DNA of 60,702 nucleotides, filler included, from Basidiobolus ranarum (Eukaryota): NCBI GenBank assembly GCA_040143965.1. It is 9 parts of 9 records of this genome, joined end to end, with 100 filler letters (N's around TTAATTAATTAA, not from the genome) between each part and the next. Parts side by side here need not be neighbours in the genome. Positions count along the whole stretch, not along the records: positions 47,317 to 53,963 come from JASJQH010001278.1; positions 54,064 to 60,702 come from JASJQH010001279.1; 7 more parts are not named here. One strand, 5' to 3'. Shown piece by piece: positions 48,090 to 60,702 of this stretch (position 1 is its first letter; each line of letters starts with the position of its first letter). The notes under the pieces were generated by a model. It saw only the letters and a program-made list of their open reading frames with translations, ran no database searches and was not told where the DNA came from. The position numbers and the translations under genes were made by a program.

Positions 48090-50349
48090 ATATCTTAGTA
48101 GAATGTAACATAACTAAATACCAAGCTATATATGATTATATAGATGCTTAGGCAATGCTACTTTCAACCCAGAAGGGTCAGAAAAGTTGAGAATATTAGC
48201 ATGAAATTGAGTTTGGTGAGGGCTTCTAAATATCTAATAAATTGATTTGTCAAGAACTAAGCAAACTAATATGTAGGATGTGTTATGAAAAGTCCCCGGG
48301 ATAAGCATGCAGAGTTCGGGCATCTAGCATAAATTTAAAAATCTATATATGTGAGAACTTCTAAGTTGGTGATAACATTGTAAGTAAATTTTGATTGAGA
48401 ATAATTGGTGATTTCTTAGTGAAATATAGGATAACTCAGAACCAAGCTATATATGGCTATATAAGTACTTGGGCTATGATATTTCAACACATATACTGAT
48501 AAGCATTCCTCTTCAGAAGTTGATATCTCAAACAGCCTCAGTATTACTATTCCAAGCTCTTTTCATTTGTTTCAAGGTATACACTATTTTCTTGAGTCTG
48601 TAAGGTTTTCTAATACTCTCTAAGCCTAAAGAGCCATCTGTATGGTCCATATAGAGCTCCTCAGCAAGCTATATATGATTATGTAGTCCTTTAACCAATG
48701 CTAATTTCAACACTTGGTACTATGTAACTCGCTAATAGGATTTGATCAGAATAATAGAATATTATTAGTGCTATATGGCACATTCAATCTCCTGACAAAG
48801 AAGATCAGTAATGTGGTAAACTACCTTCAAGTTATTTACGCTAAGAGATCCTATAGCTTGGTGTATATTAATATCAGATGCTAGTATTGATCTATGTCCA
48901 TATAAATAGAGTTATCTGAGAATATATTTTCGCATTAGCAGAGTGATAGTTTGTGATATATGGTGTACACGAAGGTTTTAATTGAAAGCTGAATAACTCT
49001 AGATGTTCGATTTTCTCTTTCCTAATCTATAGTGATATATATTGTTAAAGATATTTGTTACGCTATAAGCACACAATTTTGCTATGTTTTCATACTAGTT
49101 GCATGGCAGTGATGGTTCGAGTGAAAGCCTGGATAAAGATCAATTTCACATGGCCACATCTAAATGACTTTTTTTATATTGGTACATATTTGTTACCTAA
49201 TCCATTTCCACTACAATATGCAAGTAGTTATATATACATGAATATTTTTTCGCTTGGTAAAATATATATGGATAACCTACCCAGTAAATTGAATCCAACC
49301 CAGATAGCAACATTCATTGAAATGATCCCAACCTGTAATGTAATGAAATGCCAAATTCGATATAAAGAATACTCACTTCATCTGAATAAGAGGTTCCTCA
49401 ATTGGGTATGTGAAGAAAAATACCTAAATCTCGATACCAAACACAAGGTTATCAGTTTGATAACGACGAGGTTCATTGATGAAGGAAGATCATGTGTCCA
49501 TCGGAAATACTCCATTGGCTCTAACGTATCTAATCATAGGATATACAAGGAAATTTATACCCAGCAACCATTCCAAATGAGGATGGGGGTTCTACTTGGT
49601 TTGGAATATCAACACTCAATCTAGTCGATGCATGATCGAGGATTTGATCGAACTTGGAATCATGTTGGGATTGGTTTGTTGACAATGTTTCTTTACAAAT
49701 ATTCGGATGCACAATGGCTTTCTCTTGATTATCATGTTTAGGTTTATCATGATAAAGTATATCGGGAGGGGGAATTTGTTTGGTTTGTTCAATGGATTCC
49801 ACTCAACCACTTACCACCAGAATCTACAACAGTTGGTAAGCTATGTTGGAGTCACATGGGCTGTAGATTGCCATTCCAGTGATTTTATGCCATGGTTGTC
49901 ACGATAAAGAACCAGTAGTATTGATGGTGTATCGAAGGTTAGATATAGTAGAATATCAATTCCATGCGGTGTAAAAGCTTTATTCAAGTAGAGCATGCGT
50001 CAGTGTCAATGGTGAAGCTCAGACCAGTTGCATTGATATGTAGTGCGTGGCTCCGAATGAATTCAGTCGTGAGTATATAGAAAGGAAGTTATTTGGGCAA
50101 AGTGGATGGTCAATCATCATAGTCAACCTTTGTTGTTGGCACATGTACACTTGGTGTCACTTTAGCGTAGTAGTTGAAACAATCAAGATATTGCCTAAGC
50201 ACTCAGTGTCATATGCATGACGCAGGGGTTTTTGTACAGACTATAACTACCATTTGGGAGTTACAACCGTCGGTTTGAATGCACTAGATATCTTCCTTTA
50301 GAATATAAAAGCAGTGAACTCCATGAGAACTGATAATCCATATTTAACT

Positions 50350-51177
50350 ATGCTTTTGAAATCTCTGTGCACCATCTCTTTTACCGCACTAGCCTTGGCT
50401 GCAAGTATCCAGGCCTTTTCCCCCGAGAAATTGATATGCTTGGTGAATCGGGAGCGAGTAAAGCAACGTCTAAGACCACTGGTACTAAGCAGGTATGTAA
50501 CTCATTTCCAAATACTCATAAAATTCTAATCATAAGTAGATGCTCTGATCACAATATCAATGCTCAACCAAAACACTACCCCACGTTATCTCACAACGTA
50601 ATCCACTAATCCACCACCATTTTCACAGTGAGCTGAGTGAAGTATGCCAACGTCATTCACTCATGCAAGCACAATACAATAAAATGACCCACGACAGGTA
50701 TGATCATTCCCCAATGGACAAAGCTATCAACGAACAGGGGTTGAATTGGTCCCAATATGGTGAGAATGTAGCTCGTGGACAACAAAATGAACAGGTGGTC
50801 ATGAATGTGTGGATGCACTCACCACGTAAGTAATCCAGTCATGGTAAATTAGTCTTCTCCATCCGTTCATTAGTGTAGGCAATTCGTTGAAGATGTCCAG
50901 CTCTTTTTCCATTACTCCATTAGGTGAGTGGTGGGTTTGTGTGTTGACCATGTCCATCTCATTCCTACTGTCATATGTTTCAGTGCAGCATATCCAACCC
51001 AGAATGTTACACACTTGACTAATTCGCCAGGTGCTTTCTATTGATTTAGCTCACCGTCGTAACATCCTCAACCCTAGCTTTACACATATGGGGGCTGCGT
51101 TGGCGCAACCAGGAAATTATTGGACTCAGGGATTTGCTACGCTTCCTGGAACTTGGAGCGCCCCGGTTTGCCCTTGA
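50350..51177 (+). CDS. Secreted CAP/SCP-domain protein (YkwD-like type), 3 exons
   Basis: Exons 50350-50492, 50629-50825 and 51050-51177 give a signal peptide, LVNRER, GENVARG, WMHSPPHRRNIL and YWTQ. Confidence 0.9.
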
Positions 51178-51567
51178 ATTGGAGATCGTACGAGTAGAAC
51201 GTATATCACTCAAGTCTAAACTACATAGATATCTACTTACAACTCCACCACCCTGACATTGAAGCAACCTCATAGTATGCATAAAAAAGAAGCAGTGATT
51301 TGGTTCTTGTTGACGATTGCTTCAGATATATACGATCGAAATGAGTTAGTTCTTACATAGCATGACAATATGCGATTGTAGATATCGACTTCAACTGTTG
51401 ATCCTAAATGAAAGTCATCTCGTTCAAGTAACAGGGAAAATCCCCTTCTCTTTGGTTTTTTCAACCTTCAATCTTCCGAAATCAATTTTGTTCTTGGTTA
51501 TCGTAGAGGAATACTAATAATATTGATTCTTACCGAGAACCAATATGGATTTTATTTTAATCATGGT

Positions 51568-53861
51568 TTAGATATCCCGCTCCACAAATGACTGTAAGAT
51601 TCCTTCGACAGTGGCCGGGTACTCCTTTAGCACCACAGTTTCCCCCTCCAATACGGTGTTCACTTGGACAAACAGCTTTCTGGGTTGTTTGTGGGAAATT
51701 ACGATATCACGAAGGGATTTCCACTCATCAGGTACACGTGTCATATCGGCGTACAAAGAGGAGCCTCCTTCGAAGTCAGCAGTAGCCTTGTAAACTTGAA
51801 GTTTTTGTAAGAATGCATGCATGGCTGGCATTCCCACCGACATAATCTTGCTACGATCGAGGGTAATGACGACATCGGTGTTGTCAGCATTAGGCTCAAT
51901 CTTAACAAAGTCTTGTCCCGCTTCGAGTAGAACTCGCATAATGGCATAACGTGCCATCATGTGAGCTTGTCCCCATTTCTTGGCAGTGGGATCATAGAAT
52001 TCCAAACCGAGAAGACCTGCACGGACCATAGACAACCATCCAATGTACATGATATCATCGGCAAGTCCAATATCGTGGCTGGAATCGGTGTGACCAAATA
52101 CCTTTAGGGCTTCCTTATCTGTGGATAAGAATAGTGCCACGGATTCGGCACGGCATTCCTCATACGAAGAAGAGATATTTTTGAATACAGATCCCCAAGT
52201 CTGACCTGGCTTGTACCAACTGGTGATAGGTTTCTTGGTAACTGGTGAGATGGGTGGGTTTTTCTCATCAAAGTTGAATTTACCAGGCTCTTGCTCGGCA
52301 AGTAATTTTCCAGAGCCATGTCCAAGCAATTCGTGGAGACCAACTTGAACCTCAAACGAGGGTCCCTTCAATTTTTCGAAAAGAGCCCGATCATTTTCAT
52401 TCAGGAATGGGTATTTCTCGGATGGTGCTTTAGCATTCAGAATATTTCCAAGACTGACGTTCTTGAACCCATAGGTTTGTCGAATATCATCATAGTTGGG
52501 AATGTTGATACCTACATAGAGTTTCGTGGGATTTTAGTACACCGTCTAACTTTCTATATCTCAGCGAAGATTTTACTAACCTGCTGGGATTCCACCAGTG
52601 GTAAAGGACATCACTTCCAGCGAGGTGAAATCAGGCTTGTTAAACTTATCCTTTTCGAATTCAGTACCCCTATAAATGGTAGTGGTAAGCAGGTGTTCGA
52701 GATGATACGAACTCAATATACAATATTTACCAAGGCAACTTGGTGATGAATTTCTCTGCGTTGTCAACAAGTATGCCGAACTTCTTGGTACGATCCTTAT
52801 TCACCATGGCTACAAATCCTTCCCATTCAGCCCGAATACCAGCAGGATCACGATAAGTTTCAATGAAACCAATGTTGGATTCCACCGTTGGTCCCAAATC
52901 TTTGATCCAGAACTTTTGAGACTCCTTGTGAGCGCTAATAGAGCCGGTGGTAAAGCTCTCCACATACTTCTCCAACATATTGCGTTGGTTTTCGTTGGAA
53001 GCATAGGGAATGGCGGCTTTCATTTCATCGGCAATCTTTTGCATACTGGTGTGATAATCACCGTAAACAATGTTGACGGTTTTGCCTTCGGGGGTCTTGT
53101 GAGCTTCTGGTTCTTTGACTTGAGCAGAAGCTACTCTGACTTCAAATTCGGTGTCGGAGGTTTTGAAGAGTCTAAGGAAGATTATGAAAAAGAATCTCAG
53201 TAAATAGAACCACCTTTGTATACATGCCTATAGAACGAAAGTAATACCTAGTATTGAGGGAATCCACATCAATGGACTCCAAATATTTTTGAATATCCAA
53301 GATGTCTCTCTTGGTTACATTTTCTGAATAGTAATTGGAAACGTGACCATCGTCAACATATCCTAATAAATTCTTGGATTCTGGTGTAATAGAAAAGATA
53401 TTCTCCCGAACGGCTTCGAACAATTTTGTAACTTCTGAGTGGTCTCTTGCTTTCACGATGGCTTCCAAGTCGGCTTGGGAAAGTCTAGGGATGAATTTAG
53501 TGTCACCAAAAGACTTGTAATTCGCTAGGTTGGAAAGAAATTGTCCAGAATATTGAATCCACTGTCTAAAAGCTTCGTCACTAACACCACTCTTTTCCTG
53601 TAGCTTGGAGAGTTCAATCAGCTTACCACTGTTCTCATCCTTAAATAAACTGAGGATAAAGTCGAAAATCTTCTCACTTTCTTGGGTAGTTTGATTCAAT
53701 AAAACTCGAGCACCATGCCAGCCAGCTCGACTGATGTGATGGGCATACAGCTTTTCTTTTTCGTTTAAAAGCTCAAAGTGGGGTCGAATCTCCAGTTGGC
53801 AGACTGGTGCATTGGCATCAGCATAGTATGGAGTCTCCTTACTGGTGGTTGAGGTGGTCAT
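51568..53861 (-). CDS. DPP3: Dipeptidyl peptidase III (M49), 4 exons
   Basis: HELLGH and EECRAE zinc motifs, GFIETYRDP, NYKSFGDTKF; short GT-AG introns. Confidence 0.97.
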
Positions 53862-54063
53862 ATTGGGTGTAGTAAATCTAAGGAATCAAAGTTGACGGAA
53901 GTAGTGAACTTATATTCCAAATTATGACGAAATCACTTACGAACGATGAGACACTAAATAGTCNNNNNNNNNNNNNNNNNNNNNNNNNNNNNNNNNNNNN
54001 NNNNNNNTTAATTAATTAANNNNNNNNNNNNNNNNNNNNNNNNNNNNNNNNNNNNNNNNNNNN

Positions 54064-54260
54064 GGATGTGAATTATTGATAACTTCACCTAAATGTTGCT
54101 CGATTGTACCTTGAGCTGAGTGTACATTGCCATAACTCTTTGGATCAGCAGCTACCTTTTGTTGTTGAGCCTCTACCTGCTTTTGCTCCCCTTTTTCTAC
54201 CATAGTTTCATTGTTAAATACCATTCCGACTCCTTTTTGAAGGTTACCGGGGATATTCTA
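54064..54260 (-). CDS. CsbD-like small hydrophilic stress protein, partial
   Basis: GNLQKGVGMVFNNETMVEKGEQKQ...GTIEQHLGEVINN, a repeated G..(K/Q)..G....N pattern; cut by the contig edge. Confidence 0.45.
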
Positions 54261-56786
54261 AACGGCAATAGCGGTTCTGGAAATTATGCTATACTAAATT
54301 GGTGAGATTTTAGTACTAATTATATTGATCACTTGCAACCTTGAATAGTCGATCAAGTTTTGAACTGACAGGTTAATTTCAAACAATAAAATAATGAAGT
54401 TGTACTTAGCTATGATCTCGACTATTACATTTGAAAATGATCTCAGCCAGAATATACACTGTACAAGCCAAGTGTTACACTTTGAAAATTGTTTACTTAG
54501 TTAGAACAGGAATAACGTCTAAGATTACAAATACTACGAACCAATATAGCTTAATTTCGACTGGTCATACCGATTGTTGAGAAGTTTTTCTTGGGTTGAG
54601 AACTGCATTTTAACGAATGAATAGAAATTGAATGAGAACAAATACTTGTAATTGATTGAGCTCAACATTTTTTCATCAATCCAGTATTCTGAATTTAGAA
54701 TACTTCTCACTTAGTAAGCAGATACACTTTAAGGTGGTTGTAGCTTGATTTCGAAACACTCTTTTGAGAATGCAATATAGGTACACTAAATATATATTTG
54801 CTAGATCTCTCCATCCCTTTCTTCCTGGAGGCACTTTATTTCCATAACTAAATCGGGATTTTCAGGTCATCCAGCAAGAAGTATCTGATAATGAATTTTT
54901 GTTGGGAATATTTTAGAATTCCGATTCAGCTAACCTGTTCGAATGAAATAAGTAGTACTAACATTTTTTTTCTCTTTCTCTTTTTTCTCATTACCAAGCT
55001 TTATCCTCTCACACATAAACAACAATCCCCAGACATATACCATCAGTATATACAATTTACTGTAAAGAATCCTGTAATTTATTGTTCATTATCGCTAAGA
55101 TCTTGGCCTATTGGCGACCATCTTGTTTGTCTAATTTTGGAGGTACTCTAATTGGAGACTGTACTTGCTCCTTCTCATTTATATACTATATATGTATTAT
55201 GGGGAGGATATCTCAAGAGCTTTACTGGGCAATTGACCCTGTCTAACCATTTGCGAACAGTCGATCTTGAGGATATTGTCCCACATCTAGTCCAATCTCT
55301 GTTTCCCATCGCTTTCAAAGTTTAACCATACATCTCAAACCGTGATTTAAAGTATGTCAATATACTGTGAGTATTCAACAATCAACTTGAATACAAATCT
55401 TAAGATCAAGATCAATCGTGGCGTCAATGATCTTAGGGTGGGTGACGTGTGAGCCTACATTCATTTTTTCATTCGTTCTCTCTTGATTCACGCATTCACA
55501 CCACCACATTTTGTAACTTGTACATGCTCTTCTCGTGCCATTAAACAAAAAGGCCGCTGTTTCACTTCAGTTCCAGAATAAATAGGTAATAGAATACAAT
55601 GAATATATATTCACTTTGGGAAAATGGAGAGTTACAGGTGCTGATCTAACATTGGATAACTCACATGAGCAGTAATGGGCAGGTTCAATGGCATTTGTTG
55701 AATTGAATGCGACAAGGTAACCAAAGAGCTATCGATTACCAGTCACTTGGACCACCACTGTACCTGGATCAACTGAAGAGTGGAGAAGTGTTTATTCTAA
55801 TCATTCCAACCATACCAATGATCTGACTTGAATCTGTTGGAGGTTATTGTATGTCTCATAGTCCATCTGGCAGTCACTAAGACCATGTTTCACAATCTCT
55901 TCACTCAGGGATTCTTTGTTGTGTTCTACAAAAACTCAGTACATCTTACATTAAAATAAGTTATGATATCATCAAGGATAAACTTGTGTATCAAACAGTC
56001 ATGCCGCATTTGATTGGTATGTCAAATTTGGATATCGATGCTCAACTATTGATGTAACAACCACTTTCTCAGTGATATGGCCAAAGCAAAGTTCCCTAAG
56101 TAGTACTCAGAAATGGTTTGGTGTACCGAAGATATATTCGATAGTTTCTAGAGTCGAGATAGTATTCAAGGCAGTGGTTCCTCAAGGCATATTCATATTC
56201 AACATGCCTCTACAGCTTCTCTCCATACGATTTTCAGGGCCCACGTTGCTGATTATGTTTGGGATTAATTCGCACAGACTCAAATACATTGGTAACGTTG
56301 GCATGGGTGTATAGAAGAGGCGTATGAAGGAGCGAATCGAAACGCGAACCATCAAGATCCTTTTATAGAATCCTCACCATATGGCAATTTTGAATGTATT
56401 TGTAGTTGGTACTCGTCCACTCATTCAAAAAACTTTAACTGCTTGGATTCTGTTAGGTCAGATATGGTACATTGTTGACCAATGATCTGCTGATTGACGT
56501 AACTTAGCCATATGACAATGGTGCCATTTACTTTTATTTCATACTTCAGTGATCACTCACTTCTGCAGATAGCGCTAGGGTTCTTGATTTTGTTGGACCA
56601 GATATGAAACAGACTAGCAACTTGCTGATTGACGGAGTTAGCCTGTCTCGGCTATTTTGCTTAAATATATAGCGTACCCACACGGTGCACCAACTTCACT
56701 TGGTCATTAGCTCTCTTCTTATCCTAAATACAACAACGCTTGATCCGTCTTTGCTATATCCTTACAATTGAGAATACTCATCGGAT

Positions 56787-57927
56787 ATGACTCACTTATC
56801 GGACTACACGTACCTGGGTAATTCTCTTTTGTTCATGTAATCTGGAACTTCTAAGCTAACACCTTTATCCCACTAAAGACCGTCTAGTGTGTAATACTCT
56901 GGCACTACTTTGGGTACTATATCGTATTCAATCATTTGTAGGGTTCAGAGAGGCCTTTAGTCCAAAACGAATACGCAAAGGAGAACTTCGCCCGATAGTT
57001 ACAATTATTATGTTGGTATCGAATATACTAGTAGTGGTATACGATGTTATTGTCACCATGATCAAATACAAGGAGGGTTATGTAATGGAAACTGGAACCA
57101 TTATCTCGAAGCCTAGAGATTTATGGAGTGAGATCAACTTGAAGCTGCTACCTATCAGTGACTCACTACTAGATTTTAGCTTTGCTTTTCTGACCAGCGC
57201 TTTATTTCTCTTCCAAGCAACTTGGAACTACATTGTTCAGACTTATTTCAAGAAGCCATTCATGAACAGCACCGAGTTTCATCTATGTGTTGCGTACTCA
57301 TTTCTTAGCTTTCTCACATACGCTTTACTTCAATTCACTTTCATTCACAACAAAACTGAAAGCACCGTAAGTTTCCATTCTATTCTTGATGAAATCTCCT
57401 TATAAGTAACTAACTTTTGTATATTTAGATTATTCCTCAATTCTTTTTCTCCGCAGGTATATATACGTGAAGTTTAAACTTAGCCAAGTCGAACCATTAC
57501 TAAATTGCACCTCCCATTAACAGAGGCTTTTGTACTCATCGCTTTTGCTGTGGTAAATCATATACGCCTCAATAGGACTCTGCATGAGATTGAGGAATCG
57601 TCCAAGGCTCGGAAAAGACTTGAGATCTCAGTGAAGTCAAATATCTACCTAGGTATCTTCATTGCGATGATGGGAGTTCCGTTATTTATTATCAATATCG
57701 ACATACTCACCGGTAGTATCTTCGTTGAGGACAAATTTGCAAGTGATCTACTGATGAAATTCTTCAACATTGGATATCCGGGAGTGTATATATTTCTTTG
57801 TATGTCCCTTTATCCATATTACGATCAAGGGAGTTGCAATTGTAGTGGAATTCGTCGAGTGGCGGCTGGAAATTTTGTCGAAGATAGTGATGAAGCATCT
57901 ATTGTAATGTTAAGAAGATTTCCATAG
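56787..57927 (+). CDS. Uncharacterised multi-pass (about 7 TM) membrane protein, spliced
   Basis: ATG at 56787, intron 56818-56878 keeps the frame, further short introns at about 57367-57520; about seven hydrophobic segments. Confidence 0.8.
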
Positions 57928-58729
57928 ATTTTAAAGGACATATCATTTAACTCAGATTCCTTTTTTTTATTTCTTGTTAGATCGGGACGAAGTTTATTCA
58001 GCTCAGTCAATCTCGAAAATATCAAGAAGTTTAATTTGTCTTAATCTGAAATTTCTCTAATGATTTCCCCCTCCCCCCATTTGCTTTCATTCTGTCAGCG
58101 TGTTTTAATTTAATTCAAATAATAAACCTTAAAGATCCATCCAGTCACATAATAATCCGAATCCTGATCCTAATCGTCAAGTGGTAGATGCTATAGATGG
58201 TCACATGAATTATTGGTGTCCATACACCTTTGACACCAGTAAAATGTAAGATTCATTCTAATGGCAGCATTGCACCACTATTTACTGAATAATCATTATC
58301 ATGTAGCACTTTTCATCACTCGAGCAACTTCTCTTTCCTGACTAAAATATTTCCAATATAGATACAGTGCTAGTCTTATGCTAGAATATTTGAATAAAAG
58401 TAAAGTGTCATGCTAGTAATAGGAAAGATTGTCATGACAATTGAGTGATTAAAATCCACGTAAATAAACATGCAATTTTTACAATCCAATCCACTTCAGG
58501 AGTAACAAGCTATGTGGCATTGAAGTGATACTCTACTATAAGGGTAGATTGCGAACTTCTTCCTAAATTCCTGAGTAACTTAATAATACATTACGCTTAC
58601 GTACTCAATATGTCGTCAAGATTAGTGGTGGAGGTGTGGATCCTTGATGACGCAAGTTGAGCTTTAAAAGACCATCCTACTACTCAGTTAATCCACCATC
58701 TTACCACTACAGCCGCGAAAAGTAGAGTA

Positions 58730-59587
58730 ATGGAAAAACTTTCAACAAGCTCAGAATCATGGGACTGTGCTGCCAGTGATACCTATATCTCGATAATTGC
58801 TCCTCGACTAGCACTATTTGCTAGAGATGCCATGTTCTTGGCTGATCCCAAAGACGACGACATTTTATTGGAGGTTGCTTGTGGACCTGGACATCTGGCA
58901 ATTGAAGCTGCCCGTGCAGGTGTAAAAAAGATAATTGCAACCGACTGGTCCAAAGCCATGCTAGATGGATTAAAGAATACTTTGAAGCAGGAAAGCCCTA
59001 AGGTTTCGGAAAGAGTGACTCCATTGCATGTAGATGGTCAAACATTACAGGGAATTGACGAGAATTCGGTGGATATTGCCATTAGTCTATTCGGTATATT
59101 TCTGTTTAATGATCGTACTGCAGCCTGCAACTCATTGATGCGAGTAGTCAAACCAGGAGGAAAGGTGATAGTATCTCTATGGGATAGTCAGAAGACAGAA
59201 CCAAGTCCAACGATGTTTTCTGTTATTAACACTTTAGTCACCTATATTAAAACCAACTCAAATCTGGCCAATAATACCATTCCTTCGACCATAACTGATA
59301 AAGATAAAATGTTAATCGACTTGGAAAAGGCTGGCTTTGTTAATATTCGCTCGGTTCCTGTTAGTCATTCATTCTGCTTTGCTGACTCTGATACGCTGTT
59401 GAAGTACTTCATGGGCCGTAATCCAGTGTTTGATAGACTATTTCTTACTCTGGATGAGCAACAACTGGAGGGTTGTCGTAGAGCACTCATTGATGAAGTG
59501 TACGGTAAGTCAAGTGCCAGAGATAAGGAGTGTGTAATGAATGGTGTTGCATACATGATTATTGCGGAAAAGCCTGATTCATCATAG
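58730..59587 (+). CDS. Class I SAM-dependent methyltransferase, intronless
   Basis: Motif I LLEVACGPG, post-I IATDWS, DIAISLFGIFLF, RVVKPGG. Confidence 0.9.
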   Translation: MEKLSTSSESWDCAASDTYISIIAPRLALFARDAMFLADPKDDDILLEVACGPGHLAIEAARAGVKKIIATDWSKAMLDGLKNTLKQESPKVSERVTPLHVDGQTLQGIDENSVDIAISLFGIFLFNDRTAACNSLMRVVKPGGKVIVSLWDSQKTEPSPTMFSVINTLVTYIKTNSNLANNTIPSTITDKDKMLIDLEKAGFVNIRSVPVSHSFCFADSDTLLKYFMGRNPVFDRLFLTLDEQQLEGCRRALIDEVYGKSSARDKECVMNGVAYMIIAEKPDSS

Positions 59588-59865
59588 GTGGAAGAATGAT
59601 AATTATCAGTTTGTGGTGAATGAGTCTTTCTGGGGCCAATACGTTTTGCTTGAACACTATGCTACTAGAGAGTTGTTAACATTGAAATAAATGCATTGAA
59701 GTTTCAGTCCATGTTATCTAAATCAAAGTCATAATATCTAAATGGAATATGTCATAATAGTGATTGAAATACCAAGTGGAGGCAAAGACAAACTTTAGCG
59801 CAGACTGCATGTCTGGGTTCATATAGACCCCGCAAATAACTTGTTACAGGTTGAATATATCAGAA

Positions 59866-60702
59866 CCGTTACTAATAACTTAGCTTAAGCATCTATATAG
59901 TCATATAGCTAGCTACCTATATTTCACTATGTTATCACTTAATAAATTCACTTGGAATTTACTTGAATATTTTTACTATCTTGAAAGTTCTCAGATTATT
60001 TTATTTTCTGAATTTATCCATAAGTTCCCAAGCTTTGTACATATGCTCTTGGGATCTCCCAGAGCATATTCTATATGGCCATTCTGCTACTTCCTGACAA
60101 GTTCATATGTCTTAATTTACAAGCAATAAATTGTTAAATCAATAACCTCCAATTCTTCAAGTTTTCCAAATCAATCTGAACTACTTCCAAATATTTCAGC
60201 ATGTTATGAGCCCCAAGCTTGCACTCTCTGTTATTTCTTCTTCTCAAAATTCTGGAACTTTACCCTTCTCTGAGATATTGTATGGATCAAATCATCAAAT
60301 TTTGAAAATTAAAATCAGAATACTGCTACATGTAAAAGAACTTTGCAATACAGTAGTAGGATATAAAAACGATGTAAAGCTGTATCAACAAAAGCTACAC
60401 CTTAGGTTCAAAAGAGCCAAGTGCCTATAAATAATTGTCTTCATGTTGCAGACAAATTTCTAATACTATATTGTACAGCCACAACTGCCAATAAGGTCAA
60501 AAAGATTTTGGAAGACAGCTACCAAGCATATTCTGCTGCCAATTTCTACAAGAACAGCATAGTCTAACTTAAGAATAAAGCCAGGAGAAGACATAACACT
60601 GCAAATTAATGGAGTACCTACTCCAGTGGATGAAATTGTTGGAAGATCTTGACATAATGGGGGTAGACTTTGGGTATTAGAAGCAACTTGTGATAGTGTG
60701 TT
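59866..60702 (+). mobile_element. Copia 5' end: LTR-B-related LTR, PBS (GTTATGAGCCC at about 60202-60212) and decayed gag
   Basis: Divergent LTR-B-like sequence ending ...CCAAATATTTCAGCA, followed by the PBS and GSNHQILKIKIRILL...LCNTVVG (gag N-terminal pattern). Confidence 0.7.

Noticed and set aside
49055-49907. Overlapping ORFs on both strands
   Set aside because: No recognisable motif or consistent exon structure; possibly a decayed gene but unsupported
6671-54063. Regularly spaced TTAATTAATTAA palindromes in N runs, and apparent gene neighbourhoods across them
   Set aside because: Artificial concatenation linkers; ORFs containing X runs and cross-linker synteny are artefacts

Overview
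AT-rich, intron-containing eukaryotic DNA, most consistent with an early-diverging fungus (Zoopagomycota/Mucoromycota-like; this is an inference). The window is not one locus. It is nine size-sorted contigs of about 6.65 kb joined by artificial N44-TTAATTAATTAA-N44 linkers, so adjacency across linkers means nothing. Mobile content: many decayed Ty1/copia elements (two LTR families, half-tRNA-iMet primer sites), a Ty3/gypsy remnant and a decayed Fanzor1 (TnpB-like RuvC) remnant. Genes: an arsenic locus (ACR3 pseudogene, spliced ArsM/AS3MT lacking the fourth conserved Cys, second ArsM pseudogene), a truncated-haemoglobin pseudogene, several secreted repeat proteins, tRNA-Thr(CGT), an OFA-type MFS transporter, Hsp31, an alpha-arrestin, ZRSR2/Urp, a CAP protein, DPP3, a multi-TM protein and an intronless SAM methyltransferase. 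The most notable signal is in ZRSR2, a minor-spliceosome factor. It carries a U12-type 5' splice-site motif in an exon and a U12-type branch point inside the following unusually long U2 intron. This is a candidate U12/U2 twintron whose U12 route would frameshift the mRNA, suggesting autoregulation. All calls are by eye; no searches were run.
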